A stretch of DNA of 64,000 nucleotides from Gemmatimonadota bacterium (GCA_963666735.1 OY762926.1:2432001-2496000), one strand, 5' to 3'. Positions 49,382-58,795 are shown, counted from the stretch's first letter. Numbers and translations are program-made. The notes: a model not told the origin generated them from the sequence alone.

Positions 49382-50308
49382 TCAGCCCTCTCGGTAGAGG
49401 TCCTCGATGATGGTCATGGGTGGCCGGTCTCCGAGGGAGGAGTGACGGCGTACCCGATTGTAGTAGTTGATCCGGTCGCGGACGACGGCCGCGAGTTCCT
49501 CGACCGAGCCGGCGTCGAGGATCAGAGACCTGTTCTCCACCTTGAAGCGGCCGAAGAAGCTCTCCATCTCCGGGTTGTCCCTCGGTCCGCGCAGCGCGTA
49601 GGAGAGCCGCGCGCCCGCCGACAGCAGCCGGCGGGTCCATGCATAGCCGGTGAACACCGGGTCCCGGTCCTGGTGGACGATGATCCCGTCCAGCGAGTGC
49701 CGGAGGCGGGCCAGGGTCCGCTCCGCCGCCGTCCAGGCCGAGAGCGCCAAGCCGGAGTCGGCCGACGCTCCAACGGCGAAGCCCGCGACGTACTTCGTCG
49801 CGTGATCGAGGATGGGGATCAGCCACGCCTTGCTCGTCCCGCCGGCGTGGACGAGTTCGGTGAAGTCGGTGTAGAAGACCTCCAGCGGCCCCATCTCCGC
49901 CTTCGGCCGTCCCGACAACAGGTTCGCGCGCGGCCCCGCCGCGTCTATGGCCCGCCGGACCGCGCTCGGCTTCGGCCGCGTAACCGTACGCCTCAAGGGC
50001 AGATCCCACAGCCGGTGCAGCCGCGCCACGACCTTCCGGTTCACCCGGTGGCCGTACGTCTCCCGGAGTTCCGCGGCGGTTCGCCGGTACCCGTACTCCG
50101 GGTGCGCCTCGGCGATCGCCTTGAGCGGCGCCTCCAGGTGCGCGTATTTCTCCGCGTACGGCACTCTCGTCCGCGTGTGGTGGTACCACGTCGAGCGCGC
50201 CAGCTCCACCGCCCGCAGCGACGGCCCCAGGCCGTACGCCCCATGCGTTCCGGAGACGAGCGCCGCCTTCTCAGCCACGCTCAGCCGCTCCGGCCCAAGA
50301 AGTTTTTT
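49382..50308 (-). CDS. IS3-family transposase OrfB (DDE), entered by -1 frameshift
   Basis: YGYRR, YTDFTE, HQDRD, DNPEMESFFGRFKVE, YYNRVRRHSSLG; AAAAAAC slippery site at 50308-50302. Confidence 0.9.
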   Translation of the reverse strand, partial: KKLLGPERLSVAEKAALVSGTHGAYGLGPSLRAVELARSTWYHHTRTRVPYAEKYAHLEAPLKAIAEAHPEYGYRRTAAELRETYGHRVNRKVVARLHRLWDLPLRRTVTRPKPSAVRRAIDAAGPRANLLSGRPKAEMGPLEVFYTDFTELVHAGGTSKAWLIPILDHATKYVAGFAVGASADSGLALSAWTAAERTLARLRHSLDGIIVHQDRDPVFTGYAWTRRLLSAGARLSYALRGPRDNPEMESFFGRFKVENRSLILDAGSVEELAAVVRDRINYYNRVRRHSSLGDRPPMTIIEDLYREG

Positions 50309-50559
50309 AAAAGGGCGATCTCCACCTCCTTCTTGCCCAGAAGCTGCTCCAGGTCCCGGATCCGGCGCTCGTACTCCTTCACCGTCGTCTCCCGGGCGAA
50401 GACCTCCGGCGCCCGGTCCACGAACCGCCGCCTCCAGAGCTGTACCGAGTTCGGGTGCACCCCGTACGCCTTGGCCACCTGCCCGGGCGTCTTCTCGCCA
50501 CCCAGGACCTCCAGCACCACCTGTGCCTTCAGCTTGGGCGTGTACCGCCGCCGTGCCAT
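50281..50559 (-). CDS. IS3-family transposase OrfA (HTH)
   Basis: RRYTPKLKAQVVLE...VAKAYGVHPN...W...IRDLEQLLGKKEVEIALLKNF. Confidence 0.92.
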   Translation of the reverse strand: MARRRYTPKLKAQVVLEVLGGEKTPGQVAKAYGVHPNSVQLWRRRFVDRAPEVFARETTVKEYERRIRDLEQLLGKKEVEIALLKNFLGRSG

Positions 50560-50660
50560 GTCGACCTCCTTCCGGTCTGCCGGGTTCTACCCTGCGCAGC
50601 ACCGCGCCCGGAGGTCAAACGTCACAATGGTGGGGTGTCCAGGATCTGGGGGTCATATCC

Positions 50661-51227
50661 GATTCCATCCAGCGGATGTTCGTAGGTCGTGTGGAGCTCT
50701 TCCACGAACAACAGTTGATTCGTGAACGTGTAGTTTTGCTTGAACTCTCGCGTCATTTGGAGTTTGAGCTCCAATTCAGCGATTTCACGCTCGGTCGCAG
50801 CAGGTGGAAGAACAGCAACACGGATGTAGTCGTTATTCAGGTCACCAAGCGCAACAGCGCGCCGGTTGCCGTTCACCAAGAGGCCGGTTCTAGTGACGAC
50901 GCCGGGTTGTCGCTGTCCTTCCTCGGCAAGATTTGCCTTGAGGTCCTCGTAAGTGTCGTCTTTACGTATCAAGTCGGCGAGGATTTCTTGAGCGGCGGCT
51001 TCCGTCGGGGCGGTCTGCACCGCATCCCTACCGGGATGGGATGCCAATTGGGCCTGGAGGCGGTGGCTACGGTGATTCAACACAACGGCGTCCATCCGGA
51101 GACGTACAACGTCGCAGAGCTGCTGAGTACCTTTCCAAGGGATCCGGTGACGTTCGCGTTCTCCGGATGAGTCATTGAGTTCGTCAATTATCTGCTGTTG
51201 GCGGTTGTGTCGAGAAAGCGGTGCCAT
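50661..51227 (-). pseudogene. 5' part of ParB/Srx-like protein gene, IS-interrupted
   Basis: GGAGG RBS; LKANLAEEGQRQPGVVTRTGLLVNGNRRAVAL, a ParB/Srx GxRR-type motif. Confidence 0.82.
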
Positions 51228-51311
51228 CCGGACGCCTCCGTAAGGTTGCGATGAGCAGGTGAAGAAGAAGGTGAAACTACGGAAGTCTCAAAGTATGTCC
51301 CGAGCCCCAAG

Positions 51312-54300
51312 TCAGGTTGACAAGCGGCGGCCGGGGGTCCAGGGGGCCCCGGCCGCTTCGAGCGCACTCTCGGCGCCGGCGAAGGCGCCGTCCATGAAGT
51401 TCGCGAACTCCGACATCCACGCGCCGAAGTCCGTTTCGGCGATCTCCAGGTTGCGGCGGTGGGTGTCGGTCGGCGTCTGCCGCGTGTCCCAGTGGCCGCC
51501 GATCACCCGGCCCACGCGGTTCGAGATCGAGGGTACGGTGGACTCGTTGAGGCGCTGCCGGGCCGGGTCCCCGAAGAGACGGATCGAGAAATCCTGGAGG
51601 CTGGCGCCGAGCGCATCCAGTTCGCCGAAGAGTTCGAGCGAGGCGTTCGGCGCCTCGAGGAGCGCGGCCCGCATGTGACGCAGCCGGTCCCGGGCGCGGC
51701 CCACCTCCTCGCCCGCCGAGGCGATGCGGCGCCTCAACTCCGACGCCTCGTTCTGGAAGGCGACGACGGCCCCGAAGTCGGTGCCGGCCTCGGTCGTGGG
51801 CACGGCCACCACATCGAAGGTCTGCGCCAGGCCGACCTCCCGCGCGCCTTCGGCCGTGACGACGACGAGTTGCGCGGAGTATTCGCCGGGGGCGACGAGG
51901 GGCCCCTGCGGCGGTCCCACCCACGGCGGCGTGAAGCCGGGCACCGTGAGGTCGATCGGGTCGGGTGCCGGGGCGCGCAGGTCCCAACTCACGCGGTGCA
52001 GGCCCTGCCTGGCGGGAGCGGCGAGCCAGCGCACGGTGCCACCATCGGAGTCGGCGATCGCGATCAGCGCCCTCGGGCCGCTCTCGGTCGCCTCCTCGTG
52101 CAGCGCGTCGTAGCCGGGGAACGCCACGTCCCCGCCCTGGTCCCGCACCATCCGCTCGGCCGCGCGGCGCGCTTCGGTCGCCGTCGTCACCGTCTCGGGC
52201 AGGTAGTAGGTGAGGGTGGCCCCGAAGTCCGGGTTCGGCGCCGTGTAGTCGTCCGACCCCAGCGTCGGCTTGCCGCGGGCCTGCATGGGGACCGATGGGA
52301 TGTACCACCAGGCGTCGCGGATCGGGAACACAGCCCCTCCCTCCGCCGCGGCCATGGCCGTGTTCGTGCCCCCGGCGAGTTCGCGCAGCGGAGTGTAGTC
52401 GTCGAGCACGTAGAAGCCACGGCCGAAGGTCGCGCCGACCACGTCGTTGTCGCGGCGCTGGACTTCCAGATCGCGGTGCGGGATGGTGGGACCGGGCAGC
52501 AGGTGCCAGTTCGCGCCGCCGTTCACGCTCGCGTACATGCCGAACTCGGCCCCGAGAAAGAGCAGGTTCGGGTTCAGGTGATCCTGCTCGATCGCCCACG
52601 CGATCGTCCCGTCGGGCAGATCTCCCGCGATCGAACGCCACGTCCGGCCCGCGTCGTTGCTCTCGAACACGAGCGGCCGGAAGTCGCCCTCCTTGTGGTT
52701 GTCCGCCACGGCGAAGACCGTCGCCGCGTCGAACTGCGACGCCTCCACGTCGTTGATGAACGCCCGTTCGGGCACGCCGGGAAGGGCGTTCGCGAGCCGC
52801 CAGTTCGCCCCGTCGTCCTCCGTCACGTGGATGAGTCCGTCGTCGCTCCCCGTGTAGATCACGCCCGCCGTCACCGGTGATTCGGAGATCCCCGTGAGCG
52901 TCGCGTACTTGGACATGGCGCCGTTGTCGATGAGGTCGTCGACGCTCCATACGCGGCCCATGAACTCCAGTTCGTAGCGGTTCACGTTCGTCGTCAGATC
53001 GCCGCTGATCGCCGTCCACGAGTTGCCCCGGTCGTCGGAGCGCCACACGCGCTGCGAGCCGTGGTAGATGCGGTCGGCGTCGTGCGGGCTGATGAGGACC
53101 GGCGCGTCCCAGTTCCAGCGCTCGGGCGGGTCGCCGGGCGCGGGCTGCGCCTGGATGTCCAGCGCCTCTTCGCTCTCCCGGTCGTAGCGGTAGAGGTTTC
53201 CCTGCTGCGTCTGCAGGTAGAGGATGTCCGGATCCCTCGGGTCGATCTGGACCGCGTACCCGTCGGCCCCCATGGGCGCGTACCAGTCCCGGTTCCGCAC
53301 GCCCTCGACGTTGGTGGTGCGGGCGGGCCCCCACAGGGTGCCGAGGTCCTGCGCGCCGCCGAGCACGTGGTAGAACGGCTCCGCGTTGTCGAGGGCGAGC
53401 TTGTAGAACTGCGAGATCGGCAGGTTCGGGAAGTGCCGGAACGTGCGGCCGTCATCGAAGCTCTCGTACAGGCCGGCGTCCGTCCCGACGAGCAGGTGCA
53501 GGGCGTCCTCCGGGTCGATCCAGAGGGCGTGGTTGTCGCTGTGTTTGTCGCGCGCCGTCTCGAGGTTCCCGAACGTCGCGCCTCCGTCCCGCGTGACCTG
53601 GATGAAGACGTCCATCTGGTACACGACGTCCGCATCGTGCGGGGAGGCTTCGATCTCCTGGTAGTAGTGGGGACCGGTGCCGCCGGAGATGTACGAGTTC
53701 CGCCGCTCCCAGCTCTCTCCCTTGTCGAGCGAACGGTAGAAGCCGCGCTCGTCGTCGTTCGCCTCCATGGTGGCGTACACGACCTCGGGGTTCGCGGGGG
53801 TGACCGCGAGTCCGATCTTTCCCACGTCGCCCGTCGGGAGTCCCGCCGAGATCCGGCGCCAGCTCTCCCCGCCATCGGTGGACTTGTAGATGCCCGAGTT
53901 GGGGCCGCCGGCGAGGTGCCCCCAGATCTTCCGGCGACGCTCGTACGCCGCCGCATAGACCATGTCCGGATTGCCGGGCGCGAATTCGATGTCGGTGACG
54001 CCCGTGTTCTCGTCGATCTCCAGCACGAGCCGCCAGGAGTCGCCGCCGTCGGTGGACTTGTACACGCCGCGGTCGCCGCCCGGAGCCCAGAGCGACCCCT
54101 CCGCAGCCACCAGGATGACATCGCTGTCGCGCGGGTCGACGAGGATCTTCCCGATGTGCTGCGAGTCGGCGAGACCGACGTTCTCCCACGTCTCCCCGCC
54201 GTTGCGGCTGCGGTAGACGCCGTCCCCCCAGCCGACGTGGCGCCCGCTGACGTTCTCTCCCGTCCCCACCCAGACCACATCCGGGTTGTTGGGATCGATC

Positions 54301-54641
54301 GCCACGTCGCCGATCGAGTACACGGACTGGTCCTCGAAGATCGCGTCCCACGTCACGCCCGCGTTCGTCGTCTTCCACACCCCGCCCGAGCCGGCCGCGA
54401 TGTACCAGGTGCTGCTCCGGTGCGGGTGTACGGCGATGTCCGCGATCCGGCCGCCCATCACCGCGGGACCGATCTCGCGCAGGGGGAGGCCGGCGACGAC
54501 CTCCGCCGCCAGCGCCTGGTCGGTCTCCTGTGCCCGAGCTTCCGCCATCAACGGAGGAAGGATCCCGGGAACTCCCATGAAGACGCCCCAAACGAACACC
54601 AACCGCGCGCGCGCCGCGCGCCGCCTCGACGAATCCCTCAT
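51312..54641 (-). CDS. BNR/Asp-box (VPS10/sortilin-like) repeat glycosyl-hydrolase-like secreted protein
   Basis: REIGPAVMGGRI; many S.DGG.SW/TW Asp-boxes; start uncertain. Confidence 0.88.
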   Translation of the reverse strand: MRDSSRRRAARARLVFVWGVFMGVPGILPPLMAEARAQETDQALAAEVVAGLPLREIGPAVMGGRIADIAVHPHRSSTWYIAAGSGGVWKTTNAGVTWDAIFEDQSVYSIGDVAIDPNNPDVVWVGTGENVSGRHVGWGDGVYRSRNGGETWENVGLADSQHIGKILVDPRDSDVILVAAEGSLWAPGGDRGVYKSTDGGDSWRLVLEIDENTGVTDIEFAPGNPDMVYAAAYERRRKIWGHLAGGPNSGIYKSTDGGESWRRISAGLPTGDVGKIGLAVTPANPEVVYATMEANDDERGFYRSLDKGESWERRNSYISGGTGPHYYQEIEASPHDADVVYQMDVFIQVTRDGGATFGNLETARDKHSDNHALWIDPEDALHLLVGTDAGLYESFDDGRTFRHFPNLPISQFYKLALDNAEPFYHVLGGAQDLGTLWGPARTTNVEGVRNRDWYAPMGADGYAVQIDPRDPDILYLQTQQGNLYRYDRESEEALDIQAQPAPGDPPERWNWDAPVLISPHDADRIYHGSQRVWRSDDRGNSWTAISGDLTTNVNRYELEFMGRVWSVDDLIDNGAMSKYATLTGISESPVTAGVIYTGSDDGLIHVTEDDGANWRLANALPGVPERAFINDVEASQFDAATVFAVADNHKEGDFRPLVFESNDAGRTWRSIAGDLPDGTIAWAIEQDHLNPNLLFLGAEFGMYASVNGGANWHLLPGPTIPHRDLEVQRRDNDVVGATFGRGFYVLDDYTPLRELAGGTNTAMAAAEGGAVFPIRDAWWYIPSVPMQARGKPTLGSDDYTAPNPDFGATLTYYLPETVTTATEARRAAERMVRDQGGDVAFPGYDALHEEATESGPRALIAIADSDGGTVRWLAAPARQGLHRVSWDLRAPAPDPIDLTVPGFTPPWVGPPQGPLVAPGEYSAQLVVVTAEGAREVGLAQTFDVVAVPTTEAGTDFGAVVAFQNEASELRRRIASAGEEVGRARDRLRHMRAALLEAPNASLELFGELDALGASLQDFSIRLFGDPARQRLNESTVPSISNRVGRVIGGHWDTRQTPTDTHRRNLEIAETDFGAWMSEFANFMDGAFAGAESALEAAGAPWTPGRRLST

Positions 54642-54811
54642 CTCGCTGCTCTCCTTGTACCTCGCCCTCGGGTCTGTGTGTGGCTTCGCCGAATACGCTA
54701 TCTCCGAAGACCCCGGCCAGACAGGGCTCACGGAAGGGCCGCGAAGCGACGCGACGGACGAGGGAGATGGAGGGCAGCCGGGTCGCGCGGGGCGGCCTGC
54801 CGAGCCTCGCG

Positions 54812-55213
54812 TCAGCTCCTGCGGGGCGACCGGGAACGCCAGGCGGCGGCCAGCGCCCGGTCGAACGTCATGAGGTCCTCGGGCTCCCGCCGGATACAGC
54901 AGGCAAGATGAACAAGATCGCGCGCCTGGAGTTCAGGGTGCGGGGTCGACAGATGTCGTGCCCGTTCCACATCTTCTCTTTCGACGGGCCAGACTTCCGC
55001 CACTGTCGCGTCCACGAGATCGAAGGCGACGTTCAAGGTGCGCCGTTCGCCTCTTCGGACGTATGTGTGGAGTAGTTCCTGAAGTATTTCCGCCGACGTC
55101 ACGAGGCGTCGGTCGCGCCGCTTCGAGCGAAAGAAGAACGCCCGGGCCTCCGCCTTGAAAGCCTGATCGGCGCCGACGAAATACATGAAGACGTTCGCGT
55201 CGACGAAGATCAC
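54812..55213 (-). CDS. vapC: VapC-type PIN-domain toxin
   Basis: IFVDANVFMY, SAEILQE, ARDLVHLA, TFDRAL; GTG start overlapping the upstream stop. Confidence 0.88.
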   Translation of the reverse strand: MIFVDANVFMYFVGADQAFKAEARAFFFRSKRRDRRLVTSAEILQELLHTYVRRGERRTLNVAFDLVDATVAEVWPVEREDVERARHLSTPHPELQARDLVHLACCIRREPEDLMTFDRALAAAWRSRSPRRS

Positions 55214-55380
55214 GTCGTCTCGATCCCGGAGAGCCTGGACTCCGAGATCACTCGCCTCACGTCGGGCCAGTCGGGTTTTGGAGCGTCGGACCGCCGCGCA
55301 TCGCACGCGGCGTTGAACTCGCGAAGTTTTTCCAAGGTGACCTTACGCGGACGCGTGGCGGCCAGCCTCATGAAAATCAT
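55210..55380 (-). pseudogene. Chimeric remnant: toxin start (MIF) fused to the C-half of a second antitoxin
   Basis: LAATRPRKVTLEKLREFNAACDA...PDWPDVRRVISESR aligns with the C-half of the upstream antitoxin. Confidence 0.7.
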
Positions 55381-55646
55381 GCGCCAGGATCCGGAAACCG
55401 AGTCTCGACGAGCATGCGCTTGGTCTCCTCCCAGTTCGGCTCCCTGGCGCCGGGTGGATGCATCGCGTCGCACTCGGCGGCGAACGCCTCGAGTTCCTCT
55501 ACGGTAAACAGGCGTGGACGCGCCGCCTCCAGCTTCTCATCGGCCGCTTCCCGCAGCCATTGCCCGAGCGACTTCTCCTCGCGCTCCGCCTGGGCCTGGT
55601 AGCGGATCTTGGCGCTTTCCCTGACGACGAAGTGAATCCTCGACAT
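55377..55646 (-). CDS. RHH-type antitoxin (VapB-like)
   Basis: MSRIHFVV...AEREEKSLGQWLREAA; GAGGGG upstream; precedes the PIN toxin. Confidence 0.8.
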   Translation of the reverse strand: MSRIHFVVRESAKIRYQAQAEREEKSLGQWLREAADEKLEAARPRLFTVEELEAFAAECDAMHPPGAREPNWEETKRMLVETRFPDPGA

Positions 55647-55660
55647 GACCCCTCTTGTAT

Positions 55661-55700
55661 GTGCATGATTGTGACACATGCACCACGTTGTGATGCATCA
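55661..55700. promoter_or_regulatory. Putative TA operator palindromes
   Basis: GTGCATG-N9-CATGCAC (55661-55683) and TGATGCATCA (55691-55700) just upstream of the antitoxin. Confidence 0.5.
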
Positions 55701-55751
55701 GTCCATCCGTCAACCACTGACCATCAAGTACCGTCCGTCATCATCCGTGCA

Positions 55752-57332
55752 TCAACGATCGAGCGGCGGCGCGGTCGCGGGCGGGCGGCGGTGGTGCGTC
55801 GCCTGCTCGTAGGCGTAGCCGAAACCGAGGAGCATCGCCTCCGTGAACGGGCGTCCCAGGAACTCGAGACCCACGGGGAGGCCGTCGTCCGTGAACCCGG
55901 CGGGGACCGTGAGCGCCGGGAACCCCGTCAGCGGGCTCAGCGAACGGTTGTCGCCGAGGGCGTAGCGGTCGTTCGGGGCGGGGTTCGTCTCCACATCGTC
56001 GGCGATCGGAGCCGGCGGGTGGTCGAAGGTGGCGTAGACGAAGGCGTCGAGGTCGTGCTCCGCCATCGTCGCCATGACGTCCTCCCTCACCCGGTCGCGC
56101 GCCAGGAGGTATTCCAAGTAGCCGGGGTCGCGGGTCGTCTTGCCCAGAAGACCGGCCATGCCGGCGGCCCGCCACGGATTGACGCGGCCCGAGAGGAGGA
56201 TCGAAGCGAGGGTGCGGTACGGCGGGTCGCGGAGCTCGGCGAGGTAGGCGTCGGTCACCTCCTCGGTCTCGTAGGAGTTGGCGCCGAAGATGGCGCTCAC
56301 CCGTTCGATCCCGGGGACAGCGACATCGAACACTTCGGCCCCCAGGTCGCGGAGCGCGCCGGTCGCCGCCTCCATCCGCGCGCGCACCTGCCGGAATCCC
56401 GCCGATGTCGTGTCCACGGAGCGGTCCATCGGCTCGCGGATGACGCCGATCCGGGCGCCCGCCAGCGCTCCCGTATCGAGTCCGGCCGCGTAGGAATCGG
56501 GAACCTGTCCCACCGAGTACGCCGTCACGGGATCGTTGGGATCGTAGCCGGCGATGACATCGAGGAGGATGGCCGCGTCCGTCACGGTGCGGGTCATCGG
56601 GCCCATGGTGTCGGTGGTGGGGTTGGCGGGCATCATCCCGAACCGGCTCACGAGGGGGAGCGTGGGACGGAGACCGACGAGCGAGACCACGGCCGCCGGA
56701 CCCCGGATGGAACCTCCCGTGTCCTCGCCGATGCCGATCATGCCGAGGTTCGCCGCCACGCCGGAGCCCGTGCCGCCGGAGGAACCGCTCGGATTTCGCC
56801 GCGGGTCGTACGCGTTGCGGATGATCCCGAACCCCGAGCCCACATAGCGCGAGGCGAACTCGCCCATGTTCGTCTTCGCGATGATGAGCGCGCCCGCCTC
56901 CTTCATCCGCGTGACGATGGTCGCGTCGCGCTCCGACATGTAGCCCTCGAAGAGCGCCGACCCGTAGGTCGTCGGCATGTCGCCGGTCTCCACCTGGTCC
57001 TTGAGGAGGACGGGGATGCAGTGCAGCGGTCCGGTGAGGCCGCCGGACGCGAAGGCGGCGTCGAGGCTTCGCGCTTCCTCGAGGGCTCGCGGGTTCACGA
57101 CCGCGATCGAGTTGAGAAGCGGTCCCTGTTTGTCGTACGCTTCGATGCGCGCCAGGTAGCTCTCCACCAGGCCCTCGCACGTGAGGTCGCCCGACCGGAA
57201 AGCGGCGTGGACTTCCGCGATCGTCGCCTCTTCGACCGCGAATGCCTGCGCCTGGAGCGAGACGGGAGCCGCCGTGAGCGCCAGGGCGAACGAGAGGGCC
57301 AACCTGATTGCGATCGACGTTCGAGCAGACAT
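55752..57332 (-). CDS. Amidase-signature family protein (secreted)
   Basis: GPLHCIPVLLKD, AKTNMGEF, GSSGG, GEDTGGSIRGPA. Confidence 0.93.
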   Translation of the reverse strand: MSARTSIAIRLALSFALALTAAPVSLQAQAFAVEEATIAEVHAAFRSGDLTCEGLVESYLARIEAYDKQGPLLNSIAVVNPRALEEARSLDAAFASGGLTGPLHCIPVLLKDQVETGDMPTTYGSALFEGYMSERDATIVTRMKEAGALIIAKTNMGEFASRYVGSGFGIIRNAYDPRRNPSGSSGGTGSGVAANLGMIGIGEDTGGSIRGPAAVVSLVGLRPTLPLVSRFGMMPANPTTDTMGPMTRTVTDAAILLDVIAGYDPNDPVTAYSVGQVPDSYAAGLDTGALAGARIGVIREPMDRSVDTTSAGFRQVRARMEAATGALRDLGAEVFDVAVPGIERVSAIFGANSYETEEVTDAYLAELRDPPYRTLASILLSGRVNPWRAAGMAGLLGKTTRDPGYLEYLLARDRVREDVMATMAEHDLDAFVYATFDHPPAPIADDVETNPAPNDRYALGDNRSLSPLTGFPALTVPAGFTDDGLPVGLEFLGRPFTEAMLLGFGYAYEQATHHRRPPATAPPLDR

Positions 57333-57445
57333 GGCAGCACCTGTCCTCGGGGGAACTCGATTGACCGGCCGTTGATGAGGGTCCGTAACCTAAACTTTAG
57401 CGGGACGTGATCCGCCCGGAAGGCTTGGCCCAATGGGAGGACGCA

Positions 57446-58795
57446 TCAGCCCGCCCCGGTGCCGCAATAGCGGATTGCGGTGACGGCGAGGATGCGGGCC
57501 AGTTCGACGAGGTCCTCGGCGAGGATGCTCTCGTCGGGGCGGTGGGCCTCGCGGACATCGCCGGGGCCGAAGAGCACCGTGGGCACGTGGCCGTGGTTGA
57601 CGAGGAGCCGCATGTCCGCGCCGTAACGCACGCCCCCGACGCGAGGTTCCGTGCCGCCGAGTGACCGCGCGGCGCCGGCCAGGGCGCCGACCACGGGGTC
57701 GTGCGCGTCCGTGCGGGCGGCCGCGAACTGCGCCCCGACCCACTCGACGATGGGCGGGTGGTCGCGCAGCCAGGCATCACCGGAAGCGGCTTCGGCCACG
57801 GCGTCCTCCAGCGCGCGGCGCGCCCTGGCGAGGTCCTCTCCGGGCGCGACGCCGTAGCGACCCTCCACGACGAGGGTCTCCGCCACCGTCGAGGGCCAGA
57901 TCCCGGCACGGAGCCGTCCCATGGTCAGGGCGTACGGCGGCGCTTCCCCGCGGAACAGCGGGTCGGCCACGTCGCGGTTCCGGTCCGCCTCGAGCGCCCG
58001 AAGCCGCCGGAAGATGGGGATGAACTTCTCGACCGGGTCCACACCTTCCTCCCGCAGCGCCCCGTGCGCGGCGAGGCCCGGGACGGTGAGCCGGAAGCTG
58101 AGGGCGCCGGCGTGCGCGGGCGCGATGACGAACTCCGTCGGCTCGACGACGATGGCGCCGTCACCGGTGTGCCCGCGCTCGATCGTGGCCAGCATCCCCG
58201 CGCCGCCGTCCTCCTCGCCGATCACGCTCTGGATCTGGAGCGCGCCGTCCAATTCGATCCCGGCGTCGCGCAGCGCCCGCGCCGCCGCCAGCGCGGCGCA
58301 GAGCTGCCCCTTCATGTCCACGACCCCGCGCCCGACCAGACGACCGCCGCGACGCGTGAGTTCGAAGGGCGGGTGCGTCCAGCGCTCGACCTCGCCCGCG
58401 GGGACCACATCGATGTGGCCGTTCAGGATCAGCCTGCGGCCCTCTCCCCGCCCCATGGTTCCGGCGACTCCCAAACCCTCGTGGCGTTCCACGTCGGCGG
58501 TGTAGGCGGGGTGGCGGCGCAGTTGCTCGAAATCGATCTCCCACACGTCCGTCTCGAGACCGATCGCGCGCATCTCCGCGGCCACGCGCTGCTGGGCCGG
58601 CGTCTCGCGGTTTGCGACGCTCTCGATCGCGATGAGGTCGGCCAGGAGCGCGAACAGGCGTTCCGCGTTCACGGCCTCCGCAGCCCGGCGCTCTTCGGAC
58701 GACAGCGCGCCGCCGTCGCCCGCAACGTTCCCGCGGCAACGTCCTGCGTCGGTCTCCTTCCCGTCCCCCGGCATGGCCTCCTCCCCTGCGTCCAT
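57446..58795 (-). CDS. ArgE/DapE-family M20 deacylase
   Basis: LNGHIDVVP, GRGVVDMKG, GEEDGG, EPT, FGPG...AHRPDE. Confidence 0.92.
   Translation of the reverse strand: MDAGEEAMPGDGKETDAGRCRGNVAGDGGALSSEERRAAEAVNAERLFALLADLIAIESVANRETPAQQRVAAEMRAIGLETDVWEIDFEQLRRHPAYTADVERHEGLGVAGTMGRGEGRRLILNGHIDVVPAGEVERWTHPPFELTRRGGRLVGRGVVDMKGQLCAALAAARALRDAGIELDGALQIQSVIGEEDGGAGMLATIERGHTGDGAIVVEPTEFVIAPAHAGALSFRLTVPGLAAHGALREEGVDPVEKFIPIFRRLRALEADRNRDVADPLFRGEAPPYALTMGRLRAGIWPSTVAETLVVEGRYGVAPGEDLARARRALEDAVAEAASGDAWLRDHPPIVEWVGAQFAAARTDAHDPVVGALAGAARSLGGTEPRVGGVRYGADMRLLVNHGHVPTVLFGPGDVREAHRPDESILAEDLVELARILAVTAIRYCGTGAG

Larger units (their letters stand above)
49331..50660 (-). mobile_element. Second, distinct IS3-family insertion sequence (~1330 bp), target duplication GAT
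   Basis: IRs TGAAGTGACCCCAAGAAGTTGGACACCC and GGATATGACCCCCAGATCCTGGACACCC; GAT at 49328-49330 and 50661-50663. Confidence 0.92.

Noticed and set aside
42376..51300. Island as a prophage, ICE or composite transposon
   Set aside because: No integrase, phage or conjugation genes and no flanking att repeats seen; the two ISs differ and each has its own target duplication
57378..57400. AGGGTCCGTAACCTAAACTTTAG, reminiscent of an IS terminus
   Set aside because: No partner inverted repeat or transposase found; could simply be the amidase promoter
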